From: an uncultured delta proteobacterium
GTDB taxonomy: Bacteria > Bdellovibrionota > FAC87 > UBA2466
Assembly (NCBI GenBank): GCA_963778115.1
Contig: CAVZSV010000004.1
Location: forward strand, 2,496,001 to 2,560,000
Reading direction: 5' to 3'
Length of the DNA: 64,000 bases
In this document: positions 1 to 9,314 of the stretch, in pieces
Numbering within the stretch: position 1 is the stretch's first letter
How the letters are laid out: every line of letters starts with the position of its first letter
Translations under genes and position numbers: made by a program
The notes under the pieces: generated by a model
The model's database searches: none
What the model saw: the letters and a program-made list of their open reading frames with translations, nothing else
Told to the model about the DNA's origin: nothing

Positions 1-1047
1 GTTAGGCCACATCGGAAGCGAAAGCACTTCGTTAGCGGCACTCTCAGTCACCGGAAGGGACGGGAAATTCATTTGTTCGTAAACTTTCAGTCGATGAACC
101 GGAATTGGATAATAGACCATCGAATCGATCTGACTTTCGGCCAGTCGTCGGTGCAATTCATCCCGCCGTCCGTCCGTTACTCGGACAGTAAATTGGTGAT
201 ACACATGCCCCTTTTCAGTCGCCTGGGGCGGCGTAACGACTCCTACGATCCCGGAAAGCATTTCACGGTAACGATTGGCGGCCAAACGCCTCAAACGGTT
301 GTTTTCATCCACATGAGGGAGCTTAATTCTAAGGATGGCTGCTTGCAGTTCATCTAGCCGGGAAGCGTAGCCCAAAGCTTCGTGATGGTAGCGTTGCTTT
401 GAGCCATGAACGCGAAGTAGGCGCACCTTTTCAGCTACGGCGTCATCATCGGTGACAAACAGTCCGCCGTCTCCGTATGCCCCTAAGTTTTTTGTCGGGA
501 AGAAGGAAAAAGTTCCTCCCTTGCCTAAAGCACCCAACTTCTTGTTTTGGTATTCGCCACCAAAGCCCTGTGCCACGTCTTCCAGAATCAAAAGCCCGTG
601 CTTTTTGGCGAGTTCGAGTAAGGGCTGCATCTCAGCGGCAAGTCCGAACAGGTGCACCGGCAGGATCACTTTGGTGTTTGCGGTAATCTTGCGTTCCACC
701 GAAGCCGCGTCAATATTGAATGTCGTCGGATGAATATCGGCGAAGACCGGGGTCGCACCGATTAAGCTAATGGCTTCGGCCGTGGCAAAAAAAGTAAAAG
801 CAGTGGTGATCACTTCGTCACCCGGCCCCACCCCCAAAGCTCTCAGCCCCATAATCAAAGCGTCCGTTCCGGAGGCCACTCCGATGGCATGCTTGGTTCC
901 CAAATACTGGGCCGCCTCTTTTTCGAGGGCGGTTACATTCTCGCCAAGGATAAATCGGCCCGAAAGAAGCACCTTTTGGATAGCTTCGTTGAGCTCGTTC
1001 CAGTGGGCTTTAATTTCGGTAGAGAGATCTAAAATCGGTATCTTCAT
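1..1047 (-). CDS. DegT/DnrJ/EryC1/StrS family PLP-dependent sugar aminotransferase (3' end runs off window)
   Basis: Not in ORF track. Manual minus-strand translation from ATG at 1047 gives MKIPILDLSTEIKAHWNELNEAIQKVLLSGRFILGENV..., and near the window start ...SMVYYPIPVH...NEVLSLPMWP, typical of the DegT family. Confidence 0.92.
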   Translation of the reverse strand, partial: MKIPILDLSTEIKAHWNELNEAIQKVLLSGRFILGENVTALEKEAAQYLGTKHAIGVASGTDALIMGLRALGVGPGDEVITTAFTFFATAEAISLIGATPVFADIHPTTFNIDAASVERKITANTKVILPVHLFGLAAEMQPLLELAKKHGLLILEDVAQGFGGEYQNKKLGALGKGGTFSFFPTKNLGAYGDGGLFVTDDDAVAEKVRLLRVHGSKQRYHHEALGYASRLDELQAAILRIKLPHVDENNRLRRLAANRYREMLSGIVGVVTPPQATEKGHVYHQFTVRVTDGRRDELHRRLAESQIDSMVYYPIPVHRLKVYEQMNFPSLPVTESAANEVLSLPMWPN

Positions 1048-1224
1048 CGGATTCTTAGTCTACTCGCAATTCCCAGTCGGCGTCCACGACTGGCATAGCG
1101 GCTCAGCAAAAACCGAGAAATAGTCGAATCTGCAACTGAAATTGGGCCTAGGGGTGGGGGGTGAAACTGCCATTTGACCCCGGTGGCTAAAAGGTCTAAA
1201 AATGATGGTTTCGGAGACAAAGAC

Positions 1225-2199
1225 TTGAACAAGTCGCCTATTCGCTTGAAGGTTGCCATTTTAGGCAGCGGGAATATTGGAACTGATCTTCTGATTAAAG
1301 TGACGCGCTCCCCTTACTTGGAGTGCACCGCCTTTGTAGGAAGAAACGAGTCCTCTCTGGGGCTCGCTCGTGCGAAGTCGATGGGAGTATCGCTTTCGAC
1401 CAAAGGCATAGAATGGCTGGAAGCCAACCCCGACCAATTCGACATTGTCTGTGACGCAACGTGCGCGGACGGCCATCACCTCCACGAGACCGTTTTGCGA
1501 CGAGTTGGAAAAATTACCGTTGACCTAACTCCCGCTCAGGTCGGCCAGATGGTCGTTCCGGCCATCAATATCGATGAATGCCTCAAGCACTCCAATGTAA
1601 ATTTAGTAACGTGCGGCGGCCAAGCGGCTATCCCCTTGGCATGTGCGATTTCAAGAGCGGTCGAAGCCGACCGAGTGGAGTATGTCGAAGCGGCTACCAG
1701 CATAAACTCGAAAAGTGCGGGTCCCGCGACACGAACTAATTTAGAAGAGGATTTGCAGACGACAGAAAAGGGCCTGGTGGAACTTGCGGGCGTCCTTAGA
1801 GCGAAGGCTTCTTTGGAATTGAGCTCGCTGGCCTCTTGCGTCAACATGCAGACGACAGTCACTGCCAAGTTTAATTCCCAAGCGAATTTACCCGATCTGC
1901 AACGTTTGAAGCTGGCCGTCGGCGAAATGGTCGAAAAGGTAAAAACTTACGTTCCTGGCTATGAGCTGATCGAAGCGCCAAGCTTCGTAGACGGTCTATT
2001 GGTCGTTCGAGTCTGTGTGCGAGGAAGGGGCGATTATCTTCCGACTTACGCGGGTAATCTCGACATCATTAATTGTGCGGCCGTTGCCGTTCTAGAAAGA
2101 CATGCCTTGGAATTGGCGCAGTCACCGGCGGGCTACCGAGTTTGGGCTGCGGGCCTAGGCCGCAAGCGCGAATTCGGCTACGAACGAAGCGTAAATTAG
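1225..2199 (+). CDS. mhpF: Acetaldehyde dehydrogenase (acylating), DmpF/MhpF family
   Basis: KVAILGSGNIGTDL, NVNLVTCGGQA (catalytic Cys), GDYLPTYAGNLDII motifs. TTG start at 1225 chosen from upstream GGAG; ORF track starts at 1174. Confidence 0.88.
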   Translation: MNKSPIRLKVAILGSGNIGTDLLIKVTRSPYLECTAFVGRNESSLGLARAKSMGVSLSTKGIEWLEANPDQFDIVCDATCADGHHLHETVLRRVGKITVDLTPAQVGQMVVPAINIDECLKHSNVNLVTCGGQAAIPLACAISRAVEADRVEYVEAATSINSKSAGPATRTNLEEDLQTTEKGLVELAGVLRAKASLELSSLASCVNMQTTVTAKFNSQANLPDLQRLKLAVGEMVEKVKTYVPGYELIEAPSFVDGLLVVRVCVRGRGDYLPTYAGNLDIINCAAVAVLERHALELAQSPAGYRVWAAGLGRKREFGYERSVN

Positions 2200-2231
2200 C
2201 GTCCGCTTCTTTTCTCCCTTATAATTAGACA

Positions 2232-2871
2232 ATGCGATCACAACTAATCGTCTGTGTGGTGTCCGCGCTTTTACTGGCAGGTTCGCTGTTTGCCGAGGAC
2301 CCGCCAACTACCATGGGCAATGTTCGTAAGATTCCCAAAGCCCCGTTGTCTTCTCCCATGGTCGACATGACCTGGGACCAGCTCAACGCTGCCTATACCG
2401 AGGTCGAGTTTTCGGATATCGACTGTAACAATTTGAAGAAGGTCGTGAATCAGGGAGTCGTCGACCATCTGCACAAGTTAGAGACTGCGGCGGCCGATGC
2501 CGCTAACGGCGATAAGGGGCCCAAGAAAGATCTTAGTGGCTTATCAACATACGGTTTTTAAGATGTTGAATGCGCAGATGATGAAAATGCTGGCGGTCCC
2601 GGAACTAAAGCAAACTTTGCTCGATCTAACGGCCACTACGTTAGATCAGGCTAAGCGCGCGATTGCGAATTCAACGGCGGATGTCTTTACCCTCAAGAAA
2701 TTTCGCGATCGCTTCGCTACCCTTAGCAATCAGGGAGAAGACAAAGGGCTCTTTCATAGATATCGCGAAGCGTTATTGCTCGTGAATCAGGTGCAAAATC
2801 CGGCTCCGCCGGGGACTCCGGGTGTGGTCGCCCCCAATCACGGCACAGCGCCAACTCCGACACCACACTAA
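2232..2871 (+). pseudogene. Secreted hypothetical protein apparently split by a 1-nt frameshift near 2523-2530
   Basis: ORF 2232-2561 has a signal peptide and overlaps ORF 2497-2871 in the +1 frame. Removing one A from AAGAAAG joins them (…DKGPKK/ILVAYQHTV…). Confidence 0.5.
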
Positions 2872-2987
2872 AAGAGTGCGATTGGAACCTAGGCGTTGTC
2901 GCGGTATCATAGTGTTGTAGCCTTTCGATTCACTTCTGGTTTCGTCACACCATCATTCAGATAAGCCATTCTTTTCTAGGAGCAGCC

Positions 2988-4034
2988 ATGATCCGGGCAG
3001 GTATCATCGGGGTTGGATATTGGGGACCAAATCTTCTTCGCAATCTTGTGGAGAATCTCGAAGTCCAAGTGAAATGGGTCTGTGACAAAAATCCCAGGGC
3101 GCTGGCGAAAATGACGCGTCGCTATCCCGGCGTTCAGGGGACCGAAGATGCCGGCGAGATCATTAAAGACAACGCGGTGGATCTGGTCGTCATCGCTACT
3201 CCCGTACAGAGCCATGCGAGGCTCGCGATAAGTAGCCTTACGGCTGGTAAGCATGTTCTGGTGACCAAACCAATGGCGCTCTCGGTGGTTGAGTGCCAAG
3301 AGATGATTGACTGCGCGCAAAGATGCGGTCGGATATTGATGGTCGATCACACTTTCGTTTACCACCCGGCAGTTCGTCACATGGCCGAGATGATCGGCCG
3401 TAAAGAGATGGGGGAACTCTTGTATTTTCAATCCACCCGCATGAATTTGGGCCTCTACCAACCGGACGTTAGCGTCATCTATGATCTGATGTCCCACGAT
3501 CTGTCGATTTTAAACGAGCTGGTCAAAGAAGACCCCGTGGAGATTAGTGTGTCATCGAAGCACGCGGCACGCCTTCCGCAGCCCGATATTGCGTATCTCC
3601 AATTGAATTACCATTCCGATTTCATTGCTTCCGTTCAAGCCAGTTGGCTATCGCCCTCAAAGATTCGCCAGACGCTACTCACCGGGTCCAAGCGAATGGT
3701 CATTTATGACGACAACGACGTGTTACAAAAGGTGAAAGTGTTCGACAAAGGGGTCGACACGGTTAACTTCACGGACAAAGAGGCAGGTTACACTCAGTTC
3801 ATTCAATACCGTCAGGGCGACGTCTATTCCCCCGCCCTTCCTACCACGGAAGCACTTAAGCTTGAGATCGATCACCTGGTCGAGTGCATTCAACATCAAA
3901 AGACACCGCGGACTAACGGCCATGAGGGGCTCCGCGTCGTGAGGCTTCTGGAATATGCGGATCAGCTTGCGCGCGCGAACCAGTGTTGGATTGCGCTTCC
4001 TACGACCTCCCGTACCAGTCTTAAAGCCGCCTGA
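2988..4034 (+). CDS. Gfo/Idh/MocA family NAD-dependent oxidoreductase (sugar-nucleotide dehydrogenase type)
   Basis: GIIGVGYWGPNLLRN, GKHVLVTKPM, MVDHTFVY, YDLMSHDLS. Confidence 0.9.
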   Translation: MIRAGIIGVGYWGPNLLRNLVENLEVQVKWVCDKNPRALAKMTRRYPGVQGTEDAGEIIKDNAVDLVVIATPVQSHARLAISSLTAGKHVLVTKPMALSVVECQEMIDCAQRCGRILMVDHTFVYHPAVRHMAEMIGRKEMGELLYFQSTRMNLGLYQPDVSVIYDLMSHDLSILNELVKEDPVEISVSSKHAARLPQPDIAYLQLNYHSDFIASVQASWLSPSKIRQTLLTGSKRMVIYDDNDVLQKVKVFDKGVDTVNFTDKEAGYTQFIQYRQGDVYSPALPTTEALKLEIDHLVECIQHQKTPRTNGHEGLRVVRLLEYADQLARANQCWIALPTTSRTSLKAA

Positions 4035-4057
4035 CGTCACCCTTCTTGTTGGAGTAC

Positions 4058-4157
4058 TTAGCTTTTAGCATTTGTCTTTTAGTTTTTTGCATCCGACCTA
4101 CGCTGTTACTAGCAGTAAGTGAATCTGCGGAAGCTAAATGACAAATGCTAAATCTAA
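4058..4157. repeat. Imperfect inverted repeat built from heptamer units
   Basis: TTTAGCATTTGTCTTTTAGTT pairs with AGCTAAATGACAAATGCTAAA; internal TTACT-AGC-AGTAA hairpin. Confidence 0.75.
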
Positions 4158-4280
4158 CCAGCAAAAGACCTCGATTTTGTTCCCTTCCGGCATCTTTGCG
4201 CGGCCTTAATCCATACCCCCAGAAAAACTAGGCACACGTACCGATTTCGGCTAAAGTGCCCCGTAAAAGGAGCGAGGCGC

Positions 4281-5000
4281 ATGGCTGGATCGCAATTAAA
4301 GGTAAAAATTTACTCGGATGGGGCTGACCTTTCTTCAATGCTGGAAGGGGCGAAAAACCCTATCATCAAGGGGTTGACCACGAACCCTTCGCTAATGAAA
4401 AAATCGGGAGTATCCGATTATCGAGGTTTTGCGAAAGAGGTCCTCTCCAAGATTACCGATAAGCCCATCTCCTTTGAGGTCTTTGCGGACGATATCGCCG
4501 AAATGCGGCGCCAAGCCCATGAGATCGCCAAGTGGGCAAGTAACGTCTACGTAAAGATTCCCATCACCAATAGCGAAGGGCAGACGACCCTTCCTCTGAT
4601 CGAAGAGCTTTCGCACCAAAATATTAAGTTGAATGTGACGGCCCTTCTCACCCTAGAACAGGTCTGGGGAACGTGTTTGGCGGTGAAAGGCGGAGCGCCT
4701 TCCATCGTTAGTGTGTTTGCGGGGCGAATCGCTGATACGGGGCGCGATCCCATTCCTTACATGGCGGCTTCTCTGGAGATGTGTAAAACGGCGGGCAAGG
4801 ATGTCGAGCTCTTGTGGGCAAGCACGCGAGAGGTCATTAACATTGTTCAAGCGGATCAAGTGGGCTGTCATATCATTACGGTGCCAGCCGATATCATCAA
4901 AAAGTATCATTCCATGGTCGGAACTCCCCTGAACCAAGTGAGTTTGGATACCGTGCGGACGTTTAAGAAAGATTCTGATTCGGCCGGGTATAAGCTTTAA
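4281..5000 (+). CDS. tal: Transaldolase (short TalC/FSA-like type)
   Basis: GLTTNPSLM, NVYVKIP (Schiff-base Lys), NVTA, SVFAGRIAD, LWAS motifs. Confidence 0.92.
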   Translation: MAGSQLKVKIYSDGADLSSMLEGAKNPIIKGLTTNPSLMKKSGVSDYRGFAKEVLSKITDKPISFEVFADDIAEMRRQAHEIAKWASNVYVKIPITNSEGQTTLPLIEELSHQNIKLNVTALLTLEQVWGTCLAVKGGAPSIVSVFAGRIADTGRDPIPYMAASLEMCKTAGKDVELLWASTREVINIVQADQVGCHIITVPADIIKKYHSMVGTPLNQVSLDTVRTFKKDSDSAGYKL

Positions 5001-5010
5001 GGAATTGCTC

Positions 5011-5595
5011 ATGTCGTTCTCGCAGGAATACCTTCAAGAGAGTACAGCACTCATCAAGTCTCTGGACGTCGCATCGATAGAAGCCTTGGCCACGGGACTA
5101 GCGGAAGTGCGAAATGCTGGCGGAAGACTTTTTATTTTGGGGGTTGGCGGCTCGGCAGGACATGCGAGCCACGCCGTAAACGATTTTAGAAAGATCTGCC
5201 AGTTTGAAGCTTATGCTCCTACTGATAACGTTTCAGAACTTACCGCTCGCATCAATGACGACGGCTGGGAAACTAGTTTTTCGGAGTGGTTGAAGGGGTG
5301 TCGCATCCAATCTAAAGACGCGGTATTGGTTTTTTCCGTGGGCGGCGGCAATCGCGAAAAGAATGTCTCGATGAATCTCGTCCGGGCATTGGATGAAGCC
5401 CGCGGGGTGGACGCCAAAGTATTCGGCATTGTCGGACGCGATGGCGGTTATACGAAACAGGTGGCCTGCGCTTGTGTGGTCATCCCCACCATCAATCCCG
5501 ATAGAGTAACTCCTCATACTGAAGGGTTCTGTGCGGTGGTCTGGCATCTTTTGGTAAGTCACCCTCTACTAAAAGCTCGTCCCACAAAATGGTAA
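5011..5595 (+). CDS. gmhA: SIS-domain phosphosugar isomerase (GmhA-like), copy 1
   Basis: GVGGSAGHASHAVNDF, ELTARIND, FSVGG motifs. Confidence 0.85.
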   Translation: MSFSQEYLQESTALIKSLDVASIEALATGLAEVRNAGGRLFILGVGGSAGHASHAVNDFRKICQFEAYAPTDNVSELTARINDDGWETSFSEWLKGCRIQSKDAVLVFSVGGGNREKNVSMNLVRALDEARGVDAKVFGIVGRDGGYTKQVACACVVIPTINPDRVTPHTEGFCAVVWHLLVSHPLLKARPTKW

Positions 5596-5599
5596 ACGA

Positions 5600-6586
5600 C
5601 TAGTCGCGATCGCTCATGCGGTAACAATCGTAGACGATTTGGACGGCTCGTAACGCGTCGCGAGGTTTTCCCATATCGGTCAGGTTGCCTTCGATCTCTT
5701 TCTCAAAGGCCTCTATCTCATGTTTCCAAGAAAAGTCCTCTTCGCTAAATTCGAAGCGTTCTAGATCGGGGGGACCGGATACCGGCTGCTTTTTGTAAAG
5801 AAAAAGAGTTTCCTTACCATAGCTTCCGCCGAGTCCCGTGATTTGTAGTTTTCCTTGTGTTCCAAAGATCTCAAAGTCGAAAGTATTTTTCCATTCGGTA
5901 CAGCTGGCGTGCAACCATGCCGATAACTCGCTCGTGGGTGATTTCAAGAACAGAAAACCGTTGTCCTCCACAGGCATGTCCCAATAAAAAGTGGCCGCAC
6001 TTCCGAAGCCAAGAGTAAATTCTCCTCCCAGCCAGCGGCAGAGATCGATCAGATGGACTCCTTGATCGAGCAATTCTCCTCCGCCACCGAGTTTAGGATC
6101 GGCTCGCCATTCTTTATCGTATCCCTTTCTTCCGCCGTGGCCGTAGCGCGCGCGAAAATACATGAGTTCCCCTATGGACCCTTCGCCTAATAATGCTTTC
6201 GCTTTTTGAAGCCCGGGGTGAAAACGATGATTAAACCCAATGCGGCAAATCTTTTGAGCGTGATTAGCGATCTCTACCAAAGCCTCCAGCTCAGAGGGAT
6301 TACGCCCCGCCGGTTTTTCCACCAAAACATGCTTTCCGTCTTTCAAGGCTTGGACAGCAAGGAGAGAGGCGACGTCATTGGTCGTGGCGATGACGATGGC
6401 GTCGACCTGAGGAGATTGCAACAGCGCTTCTAGGGAAGCGGCGACTTCGCAAGAGAACTCCCCTGCTAACTTTGTTGCGCGAAGGGGGTCGATATCAAAG
6501 ACGCAAACTAGCGGTTGTGACAGCTGTCTTAGGGCCTGGGCCCTTTTAAATCCTATCAATCCGCAGCCGATGATTGCGTACCTCAT
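5600..6586 (-). CDS. Gfo/Idh/MocA family oxidoreductase
   Basis: AIIGCGLIG, GKHVLVEKP, GFNHRFHP, GELLDQGVHLID; start placed at MRYAII. Confidence 0.9.
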   Translation of the reverse strand: MRYAIIGCGLIGFKRAQALRQLSQPLVCVFDIDPLRATKLAGEFSCEVAASLEALLQSPQVDAIVIATTNDVASLLAVQALKDGKHVLVEKPAGRNPSELEALVEIANHAQKICRIGFNHRFHPGLQKAKALLGEGSIGELMYFRARYGHGGRKGYDKEWRADPKLGGGGELLDQGVHLIDLCRWLGGEFTLGFGSAATFYWDMPVEDNGFLFLKSPTSELSAWLHASCTEWKNTFDFEIFGTQGKLQITGLGGSYGKETLFLYKKQPVSGPPDLERFEFSEEDFSWKHEIEAFEKEIEGNLTDMGKPRDALRAVQIVYDCYRMSDRD

Positions 6587-6654
6587 GGTCAAATTACTAT
6601 CACAATTCGGGACTTTAGCACGCCCCATTCCTAACCCTTTCACCGGCCATATAA

Positions 6655-8544
6655 ATGGTAAGCCGGCCCTTTCGAAAGCTATGGTATGAACCCTTTATGG
6701 GCGTAAAGTCGACATGGATTCGAGTTCAACAGACCGTTAAGAATTCAGGGTGGTTAGCCCTCTTTGACCGCGTGAAGGCGCGGCTTTTGAGGCAGCCGGA
6801 TCCCATCAGAGACGACTATCCTCGCTGGATAAAAAAGTACTCGGAACTTAGTGCCTCAGAGCGGGTGGCGATGCGGGAGCAGATTGGAAGTTTTCGTTTT
6901 CAGCCCCGGATCTCGATATTAATGCCAGTGTTTAATACCGACGAGCGGTGGCTGCGATCCGCCATCCAATCGGTGAAGATGCAGATCTATCCGTATTGGG
7001 AGCTCTGTATCGCCGATGATTGTTCTAGCGAACCTCAAGTGCGAAAAGTATTAGAAGAGTTTTCCGAAAGCGATCCTCGGATCAAAGTGTCTTACCGACA
7101 ATCAAATGGGCATATCTCCGCGGCTTCCAATTCGGCGCTTCGATTGGCGAGCGGAGAGTTTACGGCATTGCTCGATCATGATGACGAACTTTCTCAGGAC
7201 GCGCTATTTTGGATCGTTAACGAAATAAATTTACATCCCGATGTGGATCTCATTTACACGGATGAAGACAAGATAGATCTGTTGGGCCGAAGACACCATC
7301 CCCATTTTAAACCCGACTGGGATCCGATTCTATTTTGTTCGCTAAATTTAGTCACCCACCTTGCTTGCTACCGCACCCAAGTGATTAGAAACGTAAATGG
7401 GTTTCGGGTGGGTTTTGAAGGAAGTCAGGATTATGATCTGGCTCTTCGAATTAGCGAGGTCACTCCGCCACAGAGAATCCGACATATTCCTCGAATCCTT
7501 TATCATTGGCGAGAGGTTCCGGGTTCGACGGCACTCTTGCCCAGCGAAAAAGACTACGCGACCACAGCGGCGGCCGCAGCCATTTCCGAACACCTCCAGC
7601 GGCGCAACCTCGAGGCAAGTGTTTTGCCCGCGGGTCATGGAGGCTACCATCGCGTTAGTTTCCCCATCTCCGATAGAGTCCCGATCGTTTCGATTATTCT
7701 TTGCGTGCCTGAAGTGACCGAATCGGTGCGACAGCAGGTAGAGCGAATCCGGGTTCTTACCGACTATACCACTACAGAATGGATTGTTGTGAGTTCGAAG
7801 CCGAGTGGGCAGCTTTCGGATCGGTTTGCAATTCTTCTTTTCCGAGGGCCCTTCGAAGAGCTGGCGATGCGAAATTTCGCCGCCAGAAATTCGAGAGGCG
7901 AGATTTTAGTATTCCTCTCCCCTTCCGTAACGCCCGTGAACGGAGAGTGGTTGAAGGAGCTGGTCTCTTTTGCGGCACGCCCGGATGCGGGAAGTGTGGG
8001 GGCCCGCTTGTTGGCGTCAGAAGGAAGGATCTACCAAGCTGGATTGACGCTTGGGATAGACGGCATTGCCGGTTGTACGGACCGCTTGATGCCGAAGGAA
8101 CAGGTGAGTTACCTTTCTAAGGTACATCTCATTCACGGGACCTCTGTGGTTTCGGGCGAGTGCCTTGCCATCCGAAAGAAGGTGTTTGAGGAGATTAACG
8201 GATTTGATGAAACGTTGAGCGATACCATTTGTGGAGATGTCGATCTCTGCCTAAGCGTTAGGACTCGAGGGTATTCTAATTTATATACTCCGTACGCCGA
8301 ATTGATCCAAAATCAGATTCAAAATCCAGTAGCGTTACCGGCAAATCTAGAGCGGCTAAAGATGAAATGGGGAGAAACCATTCATTCCGATCCTTTCTAT
8401 AATCCCAACCTGTCTCTAAGTTCGAAAGAACCCGGTTTGGCATTTCCTCCTCGAATTGATTCCACTTTTGATTCACGGCAACAAAATGACATCTTTCCCG
8501 GGAAAGTCTTTTCGGGAATTCGCATGCCATTACAGCAAAGTTGA
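6655..8544 (+). CDS. Two-domain GT2 glycosyltransferase (O-antigen/rhamnan biosynthesis type)
   Basis: ISILMPVFNT, WELCIADDCS, ALLDHDDEL, YTDEDKID, GSQDYDL, LYHWR; second GT2 domain degenerate; start may be 6697. Confidence 0.9.
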   Translation: MVSRPFRKLWYEPFMGVKSTWIRVQQTVKNSGWLALFDRVKARLLRQPDPIRDDYPRWIKKYSELSASERVAMREQIGSFRFQPRISILMPVFNTDERWLRSAIQSVKMQIYPYWELCIADDCSSEPQVRKVLEEFSESDPRIKVSYRQSNGHISAASNSALRLASGEFTALLDHDDELSQDALFWIVNEINLHPDVDLIYTDEDKIDLLGRRHHPHFKPDWDPILFCSLNLVTHLACYRTQVIRNVNGFRVGFEGSQDYDLALRISEVTPPQRIRHIPRILYHWREVPGSTALLPSEKDYATTAAAAAISEHLQRRNLEASVLPAGHGGYHRVSFPISDRVPIVSIILCVPEVTESVRQQVERIRVLTDYTTTEWIVVSSKPSGQLSDRFAILLFRGPFEELAMRNFAARNSRGEILVFLSPSVTPVNGEWLKELVSFAARPDAGSVGARLLASEGRIYQAGLTLGIDGIAGCTDRLMPKEQVSYLSKVHLIHGTSVVSGECLAIRKKVFEEINGFDETLSDTICGDVDLCLSVRTRGYSNLYTPYAELIQNQIQNPVALPANLERLKMKWGETIHSDPFYNPNLSLSSKEPGLAFPPRIDSTFDSRQQNDIFPGKVFSGIRMPLQQS

Positions 8545-8562
8545 TCTAAACTTTTCTCTACC

Positions 8563-9138
8563 TTGATAGCAAAAAATCTCGAAAAATTAGCGGCCAAAAT
8601 CAACCCCAACTGCAGTGAGACCGTCATTTGGATGTTGTGTCACTATCCAGAGCATCCAGAGACGGATGAGCGGGCGAAGACAGCGGCAAGTATTCACAAG
8701 CGTCTTAAGTTGCCGATATGGCTTTTTGGAAGCTCCTCGGCCAGGTATCCCGAATCTGTTGAATCCTTAACGCGCAAGAAATTGGTGAAGTTAGGCGTTC
8801 CCGCGAGTGAAATCTTCTGTTCCTCTTCGCTGGGAAGTGCGGTTTCCATGGATACTGTGCAAGAGATGTTTAATGTCGTTCGGACCGCCCACGCCAAAGG
8901 GATCAAAAGAATCATCTGCATTTCCAATCCCCTTCAATTGCTACAAGTGCACGGCCTGCTTAGAAGAGAATCGATCGAAATTATCTATTTCCCTTCTTCA
9001 TTGAAGGACTGGCGCTGGTGGTATGTCAGTACTCGATTGGCTCTTATTCCAGTGGCGTTTTTGGGAATGGGAAAAGAGTTCCCGCCCCTAAAATTGGTCC
9101 GCTACGCGCGAGCCAAGTGGAGCTACTGGCCGCTGTAA
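8563..9138 (+). CDS. YdcF/DUF218-like protein
   Basis: R..TAA.I, G...E......L..LGVP...I, S.DT.QE pattern; hydrophobic C-terminal segment. Confidence 0.55.
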   Translation: MIAKNLEKLAAKINPNCSETVIWMLCHYPEHPETDERAKTAASIHKRLKLPIWLFGSSSARYPESVESLTRKKLVKLGVPASEIFCSSSLGSAVSMDTVQEMFNVVRTAHAKGIKRIICISNPLQLLQVHGLLRRESIEIIYFPSSLKDWRWWYVSTRLALIPVAFLGMGKEFPPLKLVRYARAKWSYWPL

Positions 9139-9314
9139 AATTTGGAAAAAAGAAAAAAACGAAAGCGCTACGAAGCTATAGTCCGAAAAAAATGTCCATC
9201 CTATTTTCGTAACGTACGCGGACAAAAGGCAGCAAGGGCCGATAGGAAAGGTTTTGGAAAAGTATTCGGAACCTACGCACGAGGGGAAGATCCAGCGCCA
9301 CGGAGCTCCCTTTA

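Noticed and set aside
73..1123. Plus-strand ORFs of 69-117 aa, and similar short ORFs across the window
   Set aside because: Antisense or off-frame shadows of well-supported genes (here DegT)
4048..4158. Integron attC site
   Set aside because: GTTRRR and RYYYAAC boxes are in the reverse order for attC, and there is no integrase
9189..9208. AAAATGTCCATCCTATTTT as another REP-like copy
   Set aside because: Similar geometry but no sequence match to the other palindromes, and a single occurrence
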